Part shown: positions 62,624-64,000 of the stretch, piece after piece
How the letters are laid out: every line of letters begins with the position of its first letter
How positions within the stretch are numbered: the stretch's first letter is position 1
Source of the DNA: an uncultured archaeon
Lineage (GTDB): Archaea > Thermoproteota > Nitrososphaeria > Nitrososphaerales > Gagatemarchaeaceae
NCBI GenBank assembly: GCA_963799775.1
Contig: CAWCYD010000002.1
Coordinates: 256,001-320,000, forward strand
Length of the DNA stretch: 64,000 nt
Direction of reading: 5' to 3'
Program-made: the position numbers and the translations under genes
The notes under the pieces: generated by a model
What the model was told of the DNA's origin: nothing
The model's database searches: none
Seen by the model: the letters and a program-made list of their open reading frames with translations, nothing else

Positions 62624-63438
62624 CCGCCCTTCGACCACGCCGCGCGGAATCCCTTGGATATCTGTAGGGGTGCCCCCCTCCATTTCAGCTTGGGGGCGAG
62701 AGAGACCACCTTTCCTATCACGATCACACAGGGTGCACGTATCGACTTGGCCGCGGCGGCGCCTTGTGCTGCCTCGCCCAAGGTCAAGAGGACGGTCCTC
62801 TGCCGTCCTGTGGTTCCCCATGTCGTGGCGGCCATCGGAGACTCCGGCTCTCGCCCTGACTCTAGCAGCCTTTTTGCCAGTTCTCTTACCCTCGCCGCTC
62901 CCATGAGGATCACAACGGAATCGGTCCCCCTGAGCGCCTTGGACCAGTCCTCCCTAGACTTTCCCCTCAGGTCGGACTCCCTGCCGGTCACTATGGTGAC
63001 GGACGAGGAGTGCTCTCGGTGGGTCAGCGGGATGCCTGCATATGCAGGGACGGCCATGGCCGAACTGACACCAGGAATGACCTCGAAATCTATCGAATGC
63101 TCGGCGAGAAATTCGGCTTCCTCACCGCCTCTCGAGAAGAGGAACGGGTCGCCTCCCTTTAGCCTGACCACCCTCTTCCCTTCCCTCGCCTTTTGCAGCA
63201 TCAACTCGTTCAACTTCTTCTGCTCCTTCTCAGAGTCAGAACCAGGATCCTTCCCTCCATAGATCCGCTCGGTCTTCTTCGGCAGCAAGCCCAGGATCTC
63301 AGCGCTGACGAGCCTGTCGTAGACGACGACGTCCGCCTGCTTTATCCTGTCCATCGCAGCGAGGGTGAGAAGACCGGGTGCTCCAGGCCCCGCGCCCACG
63401 AGGCTGACCTTCCCTTTCTTGTTATTCCCCTTGGCCAT
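62620..63438 (-). CDS. cobA: Uroporphyrinogen-III C-methyltransferase
   Basis: VGAGPG, YDRLV, RLKGGDPFLFSRGGEE, IPGVSS, GIPLTHR. Confidence 0.93.
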   Translation of the reverse strand: MAKGNNKKGKVSLVGAGPGAPGLLTLAAMDRIKQADVVVYDRLVSAEILGLLPKKTERIYGGKDPGSDSEKEQKKLNELMLQKAREGKRVVRLKGGDPFLFSRGGEEAEFLAEHSIDFEVIPGVSSAMAVPAYAGIPLTHREHSSSVTIVTGRESDLRGKSREDWSKALRGTDSVVILMGAARVRELAKRLLESGREPESPMAATTWGTTGRQRTVLLTLGEAAQGAAAAKSIRAPCVIVIGKVVSLAPKLKWRGAPLQISKGFRAAWSKGG

Positions 63439-64000
63439 CGGCGTTCGCCTCTCGGAGCATCTTCTCCGCCAGTTCTCGTGCGGCTGGATAATCCTTGTTT
63501 CTGAGAAGGGTCCCCGATCCGCTCGTCGTGTATCAGTCTGTAGGCGAACTCTTTCCTTGATTCAGGGTCCTTCAGCTGCTTCTTCCACGTCTTACGGATG
63601 TGCCCTTGCAACTTGACCTGAAGCACGTCTTCCGGACCCAATGACCTCTCGAGCTTTCCCCGGATGATGGATGCCATCGCCGGGCTCTTCCCCCCCGTCG
63701 AGACGCCGATTCTCACGTCTCCAACCTTTGCCATCGCGGGCATGTTGAAGTCGTTCAGCCTGGGGTCGTCGACGACGCAGACTATCGCGCTCTTGGCGCC
63801 TGACGATCTGGCGGTCCTAGCGAGCTGCTCGTCAAGGCGAGAGTCGCCCGTCGAGATGAATATCACTCGAGGCTGCTTCTTCTCGATGAGTCTCCTCAGA
63901 TTGGCAGGGGTCTCTTCGCCCTCTACCAGCGTCACCCTCCCTCTCTTCTGCGACGCGAGCCTCCGGAGCGCCGGAGTGAAGGTCTTGCCCAGGACGGTCG
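63422..64000 (-). CDS. sirC: Precorrin-2 dehydrogenase/sirohydrochlorin ferrochelatase (SirC/CysG N-terminal type); partial, frameshifted
   Basis: VVDDP..DF.MPA...IGVSTGGKSPA; upstream of cobA. Confidence 0.8.

Noticed and set aside
2025-63935. Numerous frameshifts in conserved genes (queC, trmB, DUF47, tes, aquaporin, ppsA, DUF72, HAD, MFS, USP, sirC) as programmed frameshifting or genome decay
   Set aside because: They are scattered, often near short homopolymers, hit core genes and leave the motifs intact. Uncorrected long-read indels are the simplest explanation.

Overview
High-GC archaeal chromosome segment. The BHB-intron tRNA, Tes-type radical SAM enzyme, arcadin-1, TrmB/wHTH regulators and TATA boxes about 25 nt before start codons suggest a TACK archaeon, probably a basal Nitrososphaeria; that assignment is inference. 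Many genes carry apparent frameshifts, most simply explained as assembly indels. Housekeeping content includes folE2/mptA-queC-queD, tRNA-Gly(CCC) with an intron, a BCP peroxiredoxin, PiT/DUF47, tag, tes, an aquaporin, ppsA, TusA-YeeE, GT87/GNA1, USP, cobA/sirC and many Ser/Thr-rich surface proteins. Two accessory regions stand out. (1) An AT-richer island at about 7.6-12.4 kb encodes six tiny paralogous helix+HTH proteins, three of them absent from the ORF track, a DUF4062/TIR-like protein, a wHTH-PD-(D/E)xK-like protein translationally coupled to the HTH array, and an AAA_14/DUF4143 ATPase. This is the best candidate for an undescribed conflict or defence system. (2) A region at about 28.8-34.3 kb is bracketed by three copies of the tes 3' end and carries toxin-antitoxin genes and surface proteins. 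Also notable are an unannotated His-heptad miniprotein, an orphan arcadin-1 and a shared upstream motif linking beta-propeller genes to TusA-YeeE. All family calls come from motif recognition by eye; no database searches were run.
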